A stretch of DNA of 22,196 bases, from contig JBHHXN010000084.1 in assembly GCA_046757025.1 (NCBI GenBank), positions 1 to 22,196 of the forward strand. Direction: 5' to 3'. Positions 1 to 8,900 of the stretch are shown one piece after another. The notes beneath the pieces were generated by a model. It ran no database searches. It was not told the origin of the DNA and saw nothing but the letters and a program-made list of their open reading frames with translations. Position numbers and translations under genes: made by a program. The DNA is from a bacterium (GTDB lineage: Bacteria; Zhuqueibacterota; Zhuqueibacteria; Oceanimicrobiales; Oceanimicrobiaceae). The stretch's first letter is position 1; each line of letters starts with the position of its first letter.

Positions 1-532
1 AAGTGACTTCTTGCGTGAGCCTGCCGCGGTTATTGTAAAACCAGAGCTTGCCGGTGGCGTTGTGACTCAGGACGGCGGCGCCATCTAAATCTGAAATCGC
101 CACCGCGGGAAAGGCGTCATCGTAATAATGCGTTCGCTGTAAACGGTAGAGTTTTTCGCCGCGAAAAGTGTAAACGTCGATTTGCAGTGTCCGGCGTGCA
201 TCCTCCACGGCTGATGCCGGATTCAAAGACAACATCCCAAAATATCCGCCGCTTTTTGAAAAGACTGTTTCCAGGTAACCGGACGGCAGGTCCAAACTTT
301 GTGCAGGATGGCCTTTGAGCCAGGTTATTTGCTCAGGTTGAATCGCGAGCAGCGGCCCGGCCGGCTGTTTTGAAGTTTTTTCGAATAACCAGGATTTGAT
401 CGGTTGTGCAAAGTTTTCAATTTTGACCAGTTTGAATGGACCGCCCTCGGGCTTGTGATTTTGGGCCACAGAGATGGACCACAAATGCGAAATGAGTAAA
501 ATGCTCAGAAATTGCCGAGTGAATTTGTGCAT
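1..532 (-). CDS. Secreted hypothetical protein, N-terminal ~177 aa only (runs off the window edge); beta-rich, possibly beta-propeller-like
   Basis: Not in the ORF track because it has no stop in the window. Manual translation from ATG at 532 is open to position 1: MHKFTRQFLSILLISHLWSISVAQNHKPEGG...FSKSGGYFGML...IDVYTFRGEKLY...AVAISDLDGAAVLSHNATGKLWFYNNRGRLTQEVT. The N-terminus looks like a signal peptide cleaved at SVA|Q. Confidence 0.8.
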   Translation of the reverse strand, partial: MHKFTRQFLSILLISHLWSISVAQNHKPEGGPFKLVKIENFAQPIKSWLFEKTSKQPAGPLLAIQPEQITWLKGHPAQSLDLPSGYLETVFSKSGGYFGMLSLNPASAVEDARRTLQIDVYTFRGEKLYRLQRTHYYDDAFPAVAISDLDGAAVLSHNATGKLWFYNNRGRLTQEVT

Positions 533-755
533 GTCAGACCTTTTGTTTAAGAGTAACGCCATTTGGCAATTCCAAATAATATAAAGAAAAATTTGATAAA
601 TTCAAATTGAAAGATGGCAAAATCGGGCAAAATACAGTCGAAGGGAGGAAACTTTAATGGGGTTGTACAAAAAGATTAAGTTTATCAACGAATTGTCATT
701 CCTGCGGAAACAGGAATCCAATAAAACAATAGGCTAATGGATTCCCACGTGCGCG

Positions 756-969
756 TTTTCGTGTCAACTTAAGGATTAAATAACCCATTTCTGCCATATT
801 TATGCTGAAAATCCACCCCGTTCTCGTTCTAAAAGTTCTATTTTGGAATGCAAGTGCGGAAAAACTCTGTTTCGAATGACCAATTTACAGAGAAGAAAAA
901 GAGTTTCTTAGACAATGTTGTCCCCAATCTGGAGTTTAGGAACAAGTTTTTCTTAGGTTGACGCCAATT
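756..969. mobile_element. MITE-like insertion in the REP-like arm, with terminal inverted repeats and a degenerate ~10-bp target duplication
   Basis: GTGTCAACTTAAG (761-773) vs CTTAGGTTGACGC (952-964; rc GCGTCAACCTAAG), 11/13. Flanking direct repeats CACGTGCGCG (746-755) and CGCATGCGCG (970-979), 8/10. No coding capacity. Confidence 0.7.
823..946. repeat. Degenerate palindromic repeat of CTCGTTCC...GGAACGAG type (innermost layer)
   Basis: Outer arms CTCGTTCTAAAAGTTCTATTTTGGAAT (823-849) and GTCCCCAATCTGGAGTTTAGGAACAAG (920-946). Inner arms AAACTCTGTTTC (862-873) and GAAAAAGAGTTT (895-906), 11/12 complementary. Confidence 0.6.
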
Positions 970-1152
970 CGCATGCGCGGGAATGACATAATAGGCAGGC
1001 TTTTGGGGACAGCCACAACCTACAATTATCCCTCCAAAACTCAGGTTTTACTTCCTTTTTCAAATTATTCCTTTGAATTTATTCAGAAATATTTTAAATT
1101 TCTCTCTCACCTCTAAATGAATTAATTTTGATAAACTGAAAGCGAAGGCGAG

Positions 1153-2850
1153 ATGAAACTGATATGGGTCTCTTTTGCATTTTTCCTATGCATGACGGTA
1201 GGGCCGGTGTCTGCCCAACTTCTGCACGACCAACGTGAGCTGGTGTTTACGCGCGCAGACACCCTGCGCGGCATGCTTACCCCGCTGAGAACCTGCTACG
1301 ACGTTACCTATTATCATCTGAATATCAAAGTGGACACCTTGACGAAAGCCATCAGCGGCAGCAACAAAATTCGCTTCCGCGTGGTTTCGGATTTCGACCA
1401 AATGCAGATCGATTTGTTCGAAAACATGCACATCGAAAAAATCGAAACTGAACCGGGTCAGTCCCTGCCCTTCGAACGGGAGCTGTCAGCCGTGTACGTG
1501 CGGTTTCCCGAAAAGCTGACTGCCAATTCCATCCATGAAATCACCGTCTTTTACTCTGGCACACCGCAGATAGCCCGGCGGCCGCCCTGGGAAGGCGGTT
1601 TTGTCTGGTCGCGCGACAAACTGGGAAATCCCTGGGTGGCGGTCACCTGCCAGGGTACCGGCGCCAGCCTGTGGTGGCCCAACAAAGAGCACCAGTCAGA
1701 TGAACCCGACAGCATGCTCATCAGCGTTTCCGTGCCGCAGGGTCTGATGAACGTCTCTAACGGCCGGCTGCGCCGGCAGCAAGACACTGACGGCTGGACG
1801 CGCTGGGACTGGTTTGTGAGTTACCCCATCAACAATTACAACGTCACCTTGAACATCGGTAAATTTGCTCATTTTGATGACATTTATATTAACGGTCACA
1901 CGCTGACTCTGGACTACTACGTCATGCCGTACAACCTGAAAAAAGCCCGAGCGCAGTTCCGGCAAGTGAAGCCCATGCTGGCCTGCTTCGAAAAATATTT
2001 CGGCAAATACCCTTTCATTCGGGACGGCTACAAGCTGGTGGAGTCGCCGCACCTGGGCATGGAGCACCAGACCGCGGTGGCGTACGGCAACCAATACCAA
2101 AACGGGTACCTGGGCCGGGCCTCGTCGGAAATCGGCCTCAGCTTCGATTTTATAATTATCCACGAAACCGCGCACGAATGGTGGGGCAATAGCGTCACTT
2201 CCAAAGACATCGCGGACATGTGGATTCACGAAAGTTTTGGCGCGTACGCCGAGGCCCTGTATGTGGAGTGTATAAACGGCTACCAGGTCGCCCTCACTTA
2301 TCAGAACGCCAAAAAGCCGGGAGTGGGAAATCGGCGGCCGGTGCAGGGCGTGTTCCATGTCAACAAAGAAGGCTCACGCGACATGTACCCCAAAGGCTCC
2401 CTGATGCTCAACACCTTGCGCAGCGTGCTCGACGATGACCGTTTGTGGTTTGAGGTCATCCGCGGCATCGCCGAACAGTTCAAATACCAGACCATCACCG
2501 CGGACGACCTCGTTAATTATGTCAACGAAAAAACCGGCCGCGATTTTACTTACTTTTTCGATCAATATTTAAAATATCCGAAATTGCCGCAACTGGAAAT
2601 CACCGTGATTAAAAAGGGCGACAGTTTACTGGCAAAATACCGCTGGCGAGCAGACGTAAAAGATTTTCACATGCCCATAAAAATCACCACCTCCAAACAC
2701 AAGTATGAATTTATTTATCCCACCAGCGAGTGGCAAACCACCGTGCTCGAAAACATGACACCGGCCGATTTTAAACTAGCGGAAGAGCTGTTCTACATCG
2801 ATGTCAAAGTCAATTACCTTTATCGATTAGATAAGGAAAAGTCTGAATGA
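1153..2850 (+). CDS. Secreted M1 family zinc aminopeptidase
   Basis: 565 aa. Signal peptide (..VGPVSA|Q), GMEH variant of the GXMEN exopeptidase motif, HETAH (HEXXH) followed by WIHESF third-ligand Glu, and MYPKG catalytic Tyr region. Confidence 0.93.
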   Translation: MKLIWVSFAFFLCMTVGPVSAQLLHDQRELVFTRADTLRGMLTPLRTCYDVTYYHLNIKVDTLTKAISGSNKIRFRVVSDFDQMQIDLFENMHIEKIETEPGQSLPFERELSAVYVRFPEKLTANSIHEITVFYSGTPQIARRPPWEGGFVWSRDKLGNPWVAVTCQGTGASLWWPNKEHQSDEPDSMLISVSVPQGLMNVSNGRLRRQQDTDGWTRWDWFVSYPINNYNVTLNIGKFAHFDDIYINGHTLTLDYYVMPYNLKKARAQFRQVKPMLACFEKYFGKYPFIRDGYKLVESPHLGMEHQTAVAYGNQYQNGYLGRASSEIGLSFDFIIIHETAHEWWGNSVTSKDIADMWIHESFGAYAEALYVECINGYQVALTYQNAKKPGVGNRRPVQGVFHVNKEGSRDMYPKGSLMLNTLRSVLDDDRLWFEVIRGIAEQFKYQTITADDLVNYVNEKTGRDFTYFFDQYLKYPKLPQLEITVIKKGDSLLAKYRWRADVKDFHMPIKITTSKHKYEFIYPTSEWQTTVLENMTPADFKLAEELFYIDVKVNYLYRLDKEKSE

Positions 2851-2881
2851 GGAAACTTGTTGCTCATTTTACAGATGAACT

Positions 2882-3322
2882 ATGAAAGAACTTGCTATCC
2901 GACCGGCTGTCCCCGAAGATAAAACCGAGCTAACCAATCTGCTGCAGCAATCGGATTTGCCTGTGGAGGATTTAACTGAAAATCTACATGGATTTTTAGT
3001 GGGCGTTGTTGACGGACAAATCGTGGGAACGGTGGGCATCGAAGCTTACCAGAAATGGGGTCTGCTGCGTTCGCTCGCTGTGACTGCCGACTTTCAGAGC
3101 CGGCAAATCGGCAGCCGGCTCTACGAAGCTGCGCTCGAGCTGGCACGCTCAAAAGGGATTGAAAATCTCTACTTGCTCACCACCACCGCCTCGGAATATT
3201 TTGCTCGCAAAGGATTCCATGAAGTGTGTAGAAAGGACGTGCCGGCGGCCATTCGAGCCACCCAGCAATTCAGCCGCATCTGCCCGGACTCCGCCATCGT
3301 CATGCACAAAGCGCTTTTGTGA
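2882..3322 (+). CDS. arsN2: GNAT N-acetyltransferase of the ArsN2 type
   Basis: 146 aa. LLRSLAV...QSRQIGSRL acetyl-CoA motif, YLLTTTASEYFARKGF, and the C-terminal QFSRICPDSA motif typical of ArsN2-like GNATs. Confidence 0.75.
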   Translation: MKELAIRPAVPEDKTELTNLLQQSDLPVEDLTENLHGFLVGVVDGQIVGTVGIEAYQKWGLLRSLAVTADFQSRQIGSRLYEAALELARSKGIENLYLLTTTASEYFARKGFHEVCRKDVPAAIRATQQFSRICPDSAIVMHKALL

Positions 3323-3366
3323 TTTGCGATTCTGATAAGCAGCAACTTTTTTCAGGACGGCACTCA

Positions 3367-3394
3367 AATTCCGAAATCCGCCATCCCAAATCCG
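3367..3394. repeat. Heptamer tandem repeat (AAATCCG-like x4)
   Basis: AATTCCG AAATCCG CCATCCC AAATCCG, downstream of the GNAT stop codon. Confidence 0.6.
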
Positions 3395-3814
3395 CGATTG
3401 GCATGTTTCAGAAATCCTTTCCCCTTTACCGTGCCGCTTGTCGGGGCGAGACGCCTGTGCGAAAAGCGTAAATCCTGCCTTAAATTAAGTCGATTGAATT
3501 TTCTTAGAATATTTCCCTCTACATAGTGTACTAATAATAGGTTTTCCTTTTTTTTAATAATTATTTTTGGTGAATCATGGGAACGCATGAAAAATAAGTT
3601 GTTTCCCCAAAAATAAGTTTAAACTTTTTGCGAGTTAGATTGTCTAATATATAAGCGTTCCAAATGTCTCGAATCCTGAATCCTGATTGTGAGCTTTATT
3701 CGCAAAATAAAAGAGAAGTCGTGAGGCAATCAATCGAAACATCACTTTGTTTTTGAGAATAGACAGCTTCGATAAGCGATTCAACAAAAATCTACCATTA
3801 ATCGATGTTTTTCC

Positions 3815-4072
3815 ATGGCAAACTTTAATACAGGAATGGGCAGTTTGAATTTTATGGAAAAGAAAAGGCAAAAGTTACAGGCTGGTCAGAACAATTATGA
3901 TATCATCGAGGAAAAAATTTCGCTCACCGCATATCATTCTTCAGAATCCCTGAAGCACGAAATCGGGAAAATCATTCAATACCGCACAAAAATGAATTGG
4001 GATTTTGTCAATATCAATAGCCGCGGACCGTTCATATATTTGATTTTTAAACAAAGGGCCAACTGTGCATAA
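3815..4072 (+). CDS. Small hypothetical protein, DUF4177-like; true start may be ATG at 3854
   Basis: 72-85 aa. C-terminal pattern LKHEIGKII..KMNWDFVNI...YLIFKQ resembles the helix-GWELV-LIFKR pattern of DUF4177 proteins. Lies in an AT-rich region. Confidence 0.5.
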   Translation: MANFNTGMGSLNFMEKKRQKLQAGQNNYDIIEEKISLTAYHSSESLKHEIGKIIQYRTKMNWDFVNINSRGPFIYLIFKQRANCA

Positions 4073-4305
4073 ACGACTGATTGAATTTTAACCCCACTTT
4101 CGCAACCAATTCATCATTTCTTCCCTCGTACATCTATGAACCTCATCTCATTTTAAATTCATTTATTTAAATCAATTATTCAATCAAATTAATTTCTTGC
4201 AGGTTGTTAGATAATTGAATTTTTTTTCACAACTGTTGAAGAATTGTCAGAAAATAATTATTATGTTAGGCCAGTCTAAAAAAGGAATCGAAATGGAGAA
4301 ATTGG

Positions 4306-5946
4306 ATGAAATCCACTGCGCTGTCGCTGACCATTGACTGTAAAGAGCCAATTGCAAATGTGCCTGCCGTCTGGCGTTCCTTTGGTTACGATGAAATCAA
4401 CTGGACTTACACGCCGAGAGGGAAACAAATATTCCGGGAGATCGCTCGCCTATCTTCTGAACCGTATTATATTCGCTGCCATCACACATTTACCACGGGC
4501 AACGGTCTTTCCACTCCCACCAAAGGCTCCGGCAACGTGTGTGGGTTGAACGGCCATAAGCAATTGGTGTATGATTTTACAATTTTCGATCAGGTTTTGG
4601 AAACGTTCTTAAATCATAACTGCAAGCCGATTGTGGAGCTCGGTTTCATGCCGGACTTTCTTTCCAAAGGGCCAAAACCCAAACCCACTTACGACTATTC
4701 TGGCAGCGATCTCTGGATGTATCCTCCAAAAGATTTTCGGCAGTGGGCTGATCTGGTTTACGAGACCGTGCGCCATTGCGTGGAGAAATTTGGGGAGGCC
4801 GAGGTCCGTAGCTGGTACTGGGAAGTCTGGAACGAGCCGGACAATCCGGGCTTTTTCAAGGGCTCGGTGAAAGATTACTGTAAAATATACGATCACGCGG
4901 TGGATGGCGCCGTCAGAGCCTTGCCGTCGATCAAAATTGGCGGACCGGCGCTGGCTCGTTCACCCGGGTTTTTGAACACTTTTTTGAAGCATTGTGTGTC
5001 CGGTAAAAACTACGCCACGGGTCAACGGAGTGTGCGTCTGGATTTCATTTCATTGCATACAAAAGGCACCGGATGGCCGCTGCCGGAGCAACCGTTTGAA
5101 ATGCCGTCTCTGCAAACCATTGTAAGCTACTGGCAACGATACCAGGAGATATTGCAAAAGTATCCCTCACTTAAAGACACGGAAATCCTGTTTGACGAAT
5201 GCGACATGGCTGTGGCCACCGATTACGGTGTACATGATTTTCCCGAATATCGCATCCATAATAGCGAGTACTATCCCATCTTCGTAGTCCGCATGGCGAA
5301 GCGCTTGCTGGATTTTATTTCCGCCACAAAGATGCCGGTGAAATTGTTTACCACCTGGGCATTTTATTTGGAGGGCAAACGATTCTTTGAAGGCAATCGG
5401 GCGCTATTTACCAACGAGAATATAAAAATGCCGATCTTCAACGCGTTCGTGATGTTAGAGATGCTGGGGGAAACCAGACTGAAAATGCAGATTAATTCGT
5501 TCCATGAAAGATCCTTTTCGTACGAGGAATTTCCACGGATTGACGGTTTAGCCACGTTAGATGAGCGAAGGGCCATTTGTGCGATCATCTGGAATTTTAC
5601 TGAAAACGAGGCCAGGGTGGGAGTTGAAAATCTTCAAGTTCAATTCAAAAACCTGCCGGTTCAATGGGAAAGTGTGGATGTTGAATTTTATCGAGTTTGC
5701 CGGGAGTTTAGCAATTCGCATACCGTCTGGCAGTCCCTGGGTGCGTCACAAGATCCAGACCCAGAGCAAATTCAAAAGATTAAAGAAAAGGAAAACTTGC
5801 AGCAGGTCGAAGTGTTACGGGAGGTACCAATCAGCCAGAGCACTTTAACTCATGTGCTTGAATTGCCAGCGCAAAGCATGGTGCTGATGAAAATAATTCC
5901 GGTTCCGGCAAAGGTTATTCAAATTGAGGAGAATCTTTCGCAGTAA
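4306..5946 (+). CDS. Glycoside hydrolase family 39 (beta-xylosidase/alpha-L-iduronidase-like), no signal peptide
   Basis: 546 aa. PIVELGFMP, YPPKD..W, WEVWNEPD (acid/base Glu), IGGPA, LDFISLH and LFDECD (likely nucleophile). C-terminal beta-sandwich with SNSHTVWQSLG and LELPAQSMVL. RBS-like GGAGA upstream. Confidence 0.9.
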   Translation: MKSTALSLTIDCKEPIANVPAVWRSFGYDEINWTYTPRGKQIFREIARLSSEPYYIRCHHTFTTGNGLSTPTKGSGNVCGLNGHKQLVYDFTIFDQVLETFLNHNCKPIVELGFMPDFLSKGPKPKPTYDYSGSDLWMYPPKDFRQWADLVYETVRHCVEKFGEAEVRSWYWEVWNEPDNPGFFKGSVKDYCKIYDHAVDGAVRALPSIKIGGPALARSPGFLNTFLKHCVSGKNYATGQRSVRLDFISLHTKGTGWPLPEQPFEMPSLQTIVSYWQRYQEILQKYPSLKDTEILFDECDMAVATDYGVHDFPEYRIHNSEYYPIFVVRMAKRLLDFISATKMPVKLFTTWAFYLEGKRFFEGNRALFTNENIKMPIFNAFVMLEMLGETRLKMQINSFHERSFSYEEFPRIDGLATLDERRAICAIIWNFTENEARVGVENLQVQFKNLPVQWESVDVEFYRVCREFSNSHTVWQSLGASQDPDPEQIQKIKEKENLQQVEVLREVPISQSTLTHVLELPAQSMVLMKIIPVPAKVIQIEENLSQ

Positions 5947-8900
5947 ATTTTTTGTTAGCAACTTTCTTGATATGTATTTCAATGCGGCGATTGATTTGCC
6001 GGCCATAAGTGGTTGCGTTATCGCTTATGAGAAGAACTTTTCTGCCCTTGACTCGCAATTTGAAGGGATCGAATCGAATGGTTTTGAAGCCCGATTCTAT
6101 CTGGTCTTTTATTACTTGATATTCTACAAAATTCTTATTCATCAAAACTTCCAGAAAGCTTTCTTTGTCGATCTCGAACTGAAACGGTTCTTGTTCGCCG
6201 TGCCCATCGTATTTGTCCAGACGGACTTCGATTCGTTTCAGCATTTCCGGGTCGCGATTGTTAATTTCGAACAAAAATTCTTTCTGAAACTTTTTCGCTC
6301 GATTGAGCGAGAGTGTTTTATTTACGGCGGGCGACCCGATGGCGCAGGCATGGCCGATGAACTGCAATCGAATATCTTTGAAATCATCTAATCGGCTTTT
6401 TACTTTATCCAGAACATTGAGCCAGTACAAATCAGAGGCAGGTACATCTTTTTTAAATTCAGCGACCCCAACGATGATTTTTCTGGGCAGCAAATTTAAT
6501 TTTTTCGATGCAAATGTGGCCATTTTTTCTGGCGTGTAAAATACCCGGTTGAGGGAATCCTTCACCACCAGAAAATAAAGAATGTTTTTTCCGGTCCAGG
6601 GACTGGCATCCCCCTGTGCGTGCTGCCACAAAATGCTGTCCGCGGCCGGTGTGTTGAACCGCACATCCGGAATTTCAGCATACAAAGAATCTGCTTTGAT
6701 TTGAGCTGTTCCCGAAGTTAGCGGTACCGCCGAAACGATATTTGAGACGAAATGCACAGGCAGAAACGTTTTCGATTTTGTCAGAGTCAGCGGTACCGAA
6801 TGAAAGAGATCAGCCACCTCTTCGGTGTGGTCGCTTTGTTTGTGCAGGGTAATTTTCACAAACCGTCTTTCGTTTTTCACCCAAGTGCGATCGGGCTGTG
6901 ATTTTGGATTTAAGTTGGTGATAATTTGTTCGGAGGTGAGCTGTTGCGGTATTTCGATCTGGTGTTCTGAAATACCCGCTTCGATAAAATAACTTTTTAC
7001 CGCTTTCGCCCGTTCGTAAGCTAACTCAGCCGGCTCACCGTTGGTGGCATCGGTGTAGCCACGTAGTTTAATGTGGATGCCGGGATTTTGTTGTAATCGC
7101 TTTACCAGCACTTCTAACGGCGAATACATCAAAGTGGATTTAATGGTTTCAATTTTTGCGCTGCCGTGTTTGAAAAATATTTTTGGGATGAATGGCAGTT
7201 CATACTCATAAACGGTATCGATTTCAGCTACAACCTCTTTCTTCGTTTTAAAAACGCCTTTGGGAATGGTATAAAATGCGGCTCTGAATTTGTTGTTCAA
7301 TTCGTTTTTTTCATGAAGGCGATTTTGCTTGTCGATTTTAGCGCTGATTTCGTGCTTGCCATGTGCTGTCGTGTACCATTTCAAGATGACGGTGGTATCC
7401 ATGCCGGCCGCCAGATCCGCGATAGGTACGGGCTCCAGCGCGGTCATGAATTTGTCCGTTCCGTTATGGCCGTTGTTTAAGTTGCTCAACTGCCGGTGGT
7501 CTTCTAATGTCGTATCGAAAACCTGCAGCACATTTTTCGAAGATCGGGTGTTGCTGAGGTTTGCCACGGTGATAAGCAATTCTCCCTGGTAGTTGTCTTC
7601 CGTTATCCATTTGTCGGGTCTGAATTCGATGTCCGTTATGATCAGATCCGGTAGAATACGGAAATGGGCGATGCGTTCGCCATTCTTATCGGCAAAGCGG
7701 GTATGTTGATCTTTGTCGTAAGCGATAACCGACCAAAAATAATCTCCCACATTTAGTTGAGCCAGGGTGATGCTAACCAGTTTTTGTTTTTCATCGATTG
7801 CGAACCCGGAGTCGATGATGCGCAGGTTTTCATCGCGATGTTTTTCAATGGTCTGAAATAACTCGCCTGCCGGGTCGTCAACCGCTTTGATTATTTTATC
7901 AATTTGCTGACTCCGGTCAAGGCTGGCTTCGGCTTTTTCGATGAGTAAGAGGTAATTGACATCATCATAAAGATCGGGATCGGGCGCTGCTTGCCACACT
8001 AATTTGATACTGTCGGTTTCGACTTCGGTGTAAGTCCCCCGACTTAGATTTTTAAATTCAAAATTTTCCGGGGCGATGGGATAATAATTCACTCCACCTT
8101 GAAAAGAAGCCGAGAAGAAGTCGTTGTTTTCAAGGCTGGCCACGTCCAGTCGCAGGGCTTTGTTTCTACCCGGCAGGACGTTTTTCATGGGAAGGGAGTG
8201 GTCATCCAGGCGGAAACTCAATCCGAGAGAAAGTTTACTCAGGGCGTGGTTGTTGAAGTTGTAGCCTCCGCGCAAGGCCATGCGGTAACTCCAAAAAATT
8301 TCGGTGCCGAAACTGAAGCGTCCGACTTCATCGAGTACTTTCTGGTAATCGGCGGTGAATTGAATTTGCAAACCGTTGTGGGTGCCGAGATTGAGAGCCG
8401 CGCCGGCCCGTAAGGTTCTCGGTAAGGGTGTTTCATCCGAAACAAATGTCAGCGGCTCACCCATCTGCGTCACCGAAAGGCCCATTGAAAATACACCATA
8501 TTGGATAAAGTCATTTTTGAGATTAAAGCGATTTGAGCGATAGAGCAAACCCAGGTCCAGAATCCAGGAGCGGTCACTATAGCCGGCTAATTTACTCTGA
8601 AAATACTTCAGGTTCATGCCCAGCGCCAGATTTTCGGAAATCGCGCTCAGTGGGTGTCCGGTGCTGAAAGTTAAAACCATATCGCTGGCAGCCGCCGGCG
8701 CTTGCAACTGATCGGTGCTGTCAAACTCGCGAATACCCTGATAATAGAACCCGAAAGCCACTTTGGATTGATCGCTCCAGGGTAACGGCAGACGCCGGCC
8801 ATAAATGATCGAAAGGTTGTAGATATCCGCGATCCATTCTGTGTAGGATGTGGAGAGCTGCCATTCGCGCAGAAATCCCGTGGCGCCGGGATTGGCGTAG

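Larger units (their letters stand above)
694..988. repeat. REP-like palindromic doublet (TGTCATTCC..GGAATCCA / TGGATTCC..GGAATGACA) interrupted in its right arm
   Basis: Left arm TGTCATTCCTGCGGAAACAGGAATCCA (694-720). Right arm is split into TGGATTCCCACGTGCGCG (738-755) and CGCATGCGCGGGAATGACA (970-988). Confidence 0.8.
659..1016. mobile_element. Composite nested repeat; outer layer is a degenerate MITE-like shell
   Basis: Left GGTTGTACAAAAAG (661-674) vs right CTTTTGGGGACAGCC (1000-1014, rc GGCTGTCCCCAAAAG), about 11/15 with one gap. It encloses the three inner palindromic layers. No target duplication visible. Confidence 0.4.

Noticed and set aside
659..1016. CRISPR array or ncRNA gene
   Set aside because: The repeats are nested and inverted, not direct repeats with unique spacers, and there are no cas genes in the window.
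1696..2358. 220-aa antisense ORF, and similar ones at 14045-14728, 14771-15361, 17682-18266 and 9368-11686
   Set aside because: They lie wholly opposite well-supported genes and have no motifs; they are shadow ORFs from codon bias and repeat structure.
3364..3588. 74-aa minus-strand ORF
   Set aside because: No recognisable motif; its C-terminus (GFGMADFGI) is just the translated heptamer repeat.
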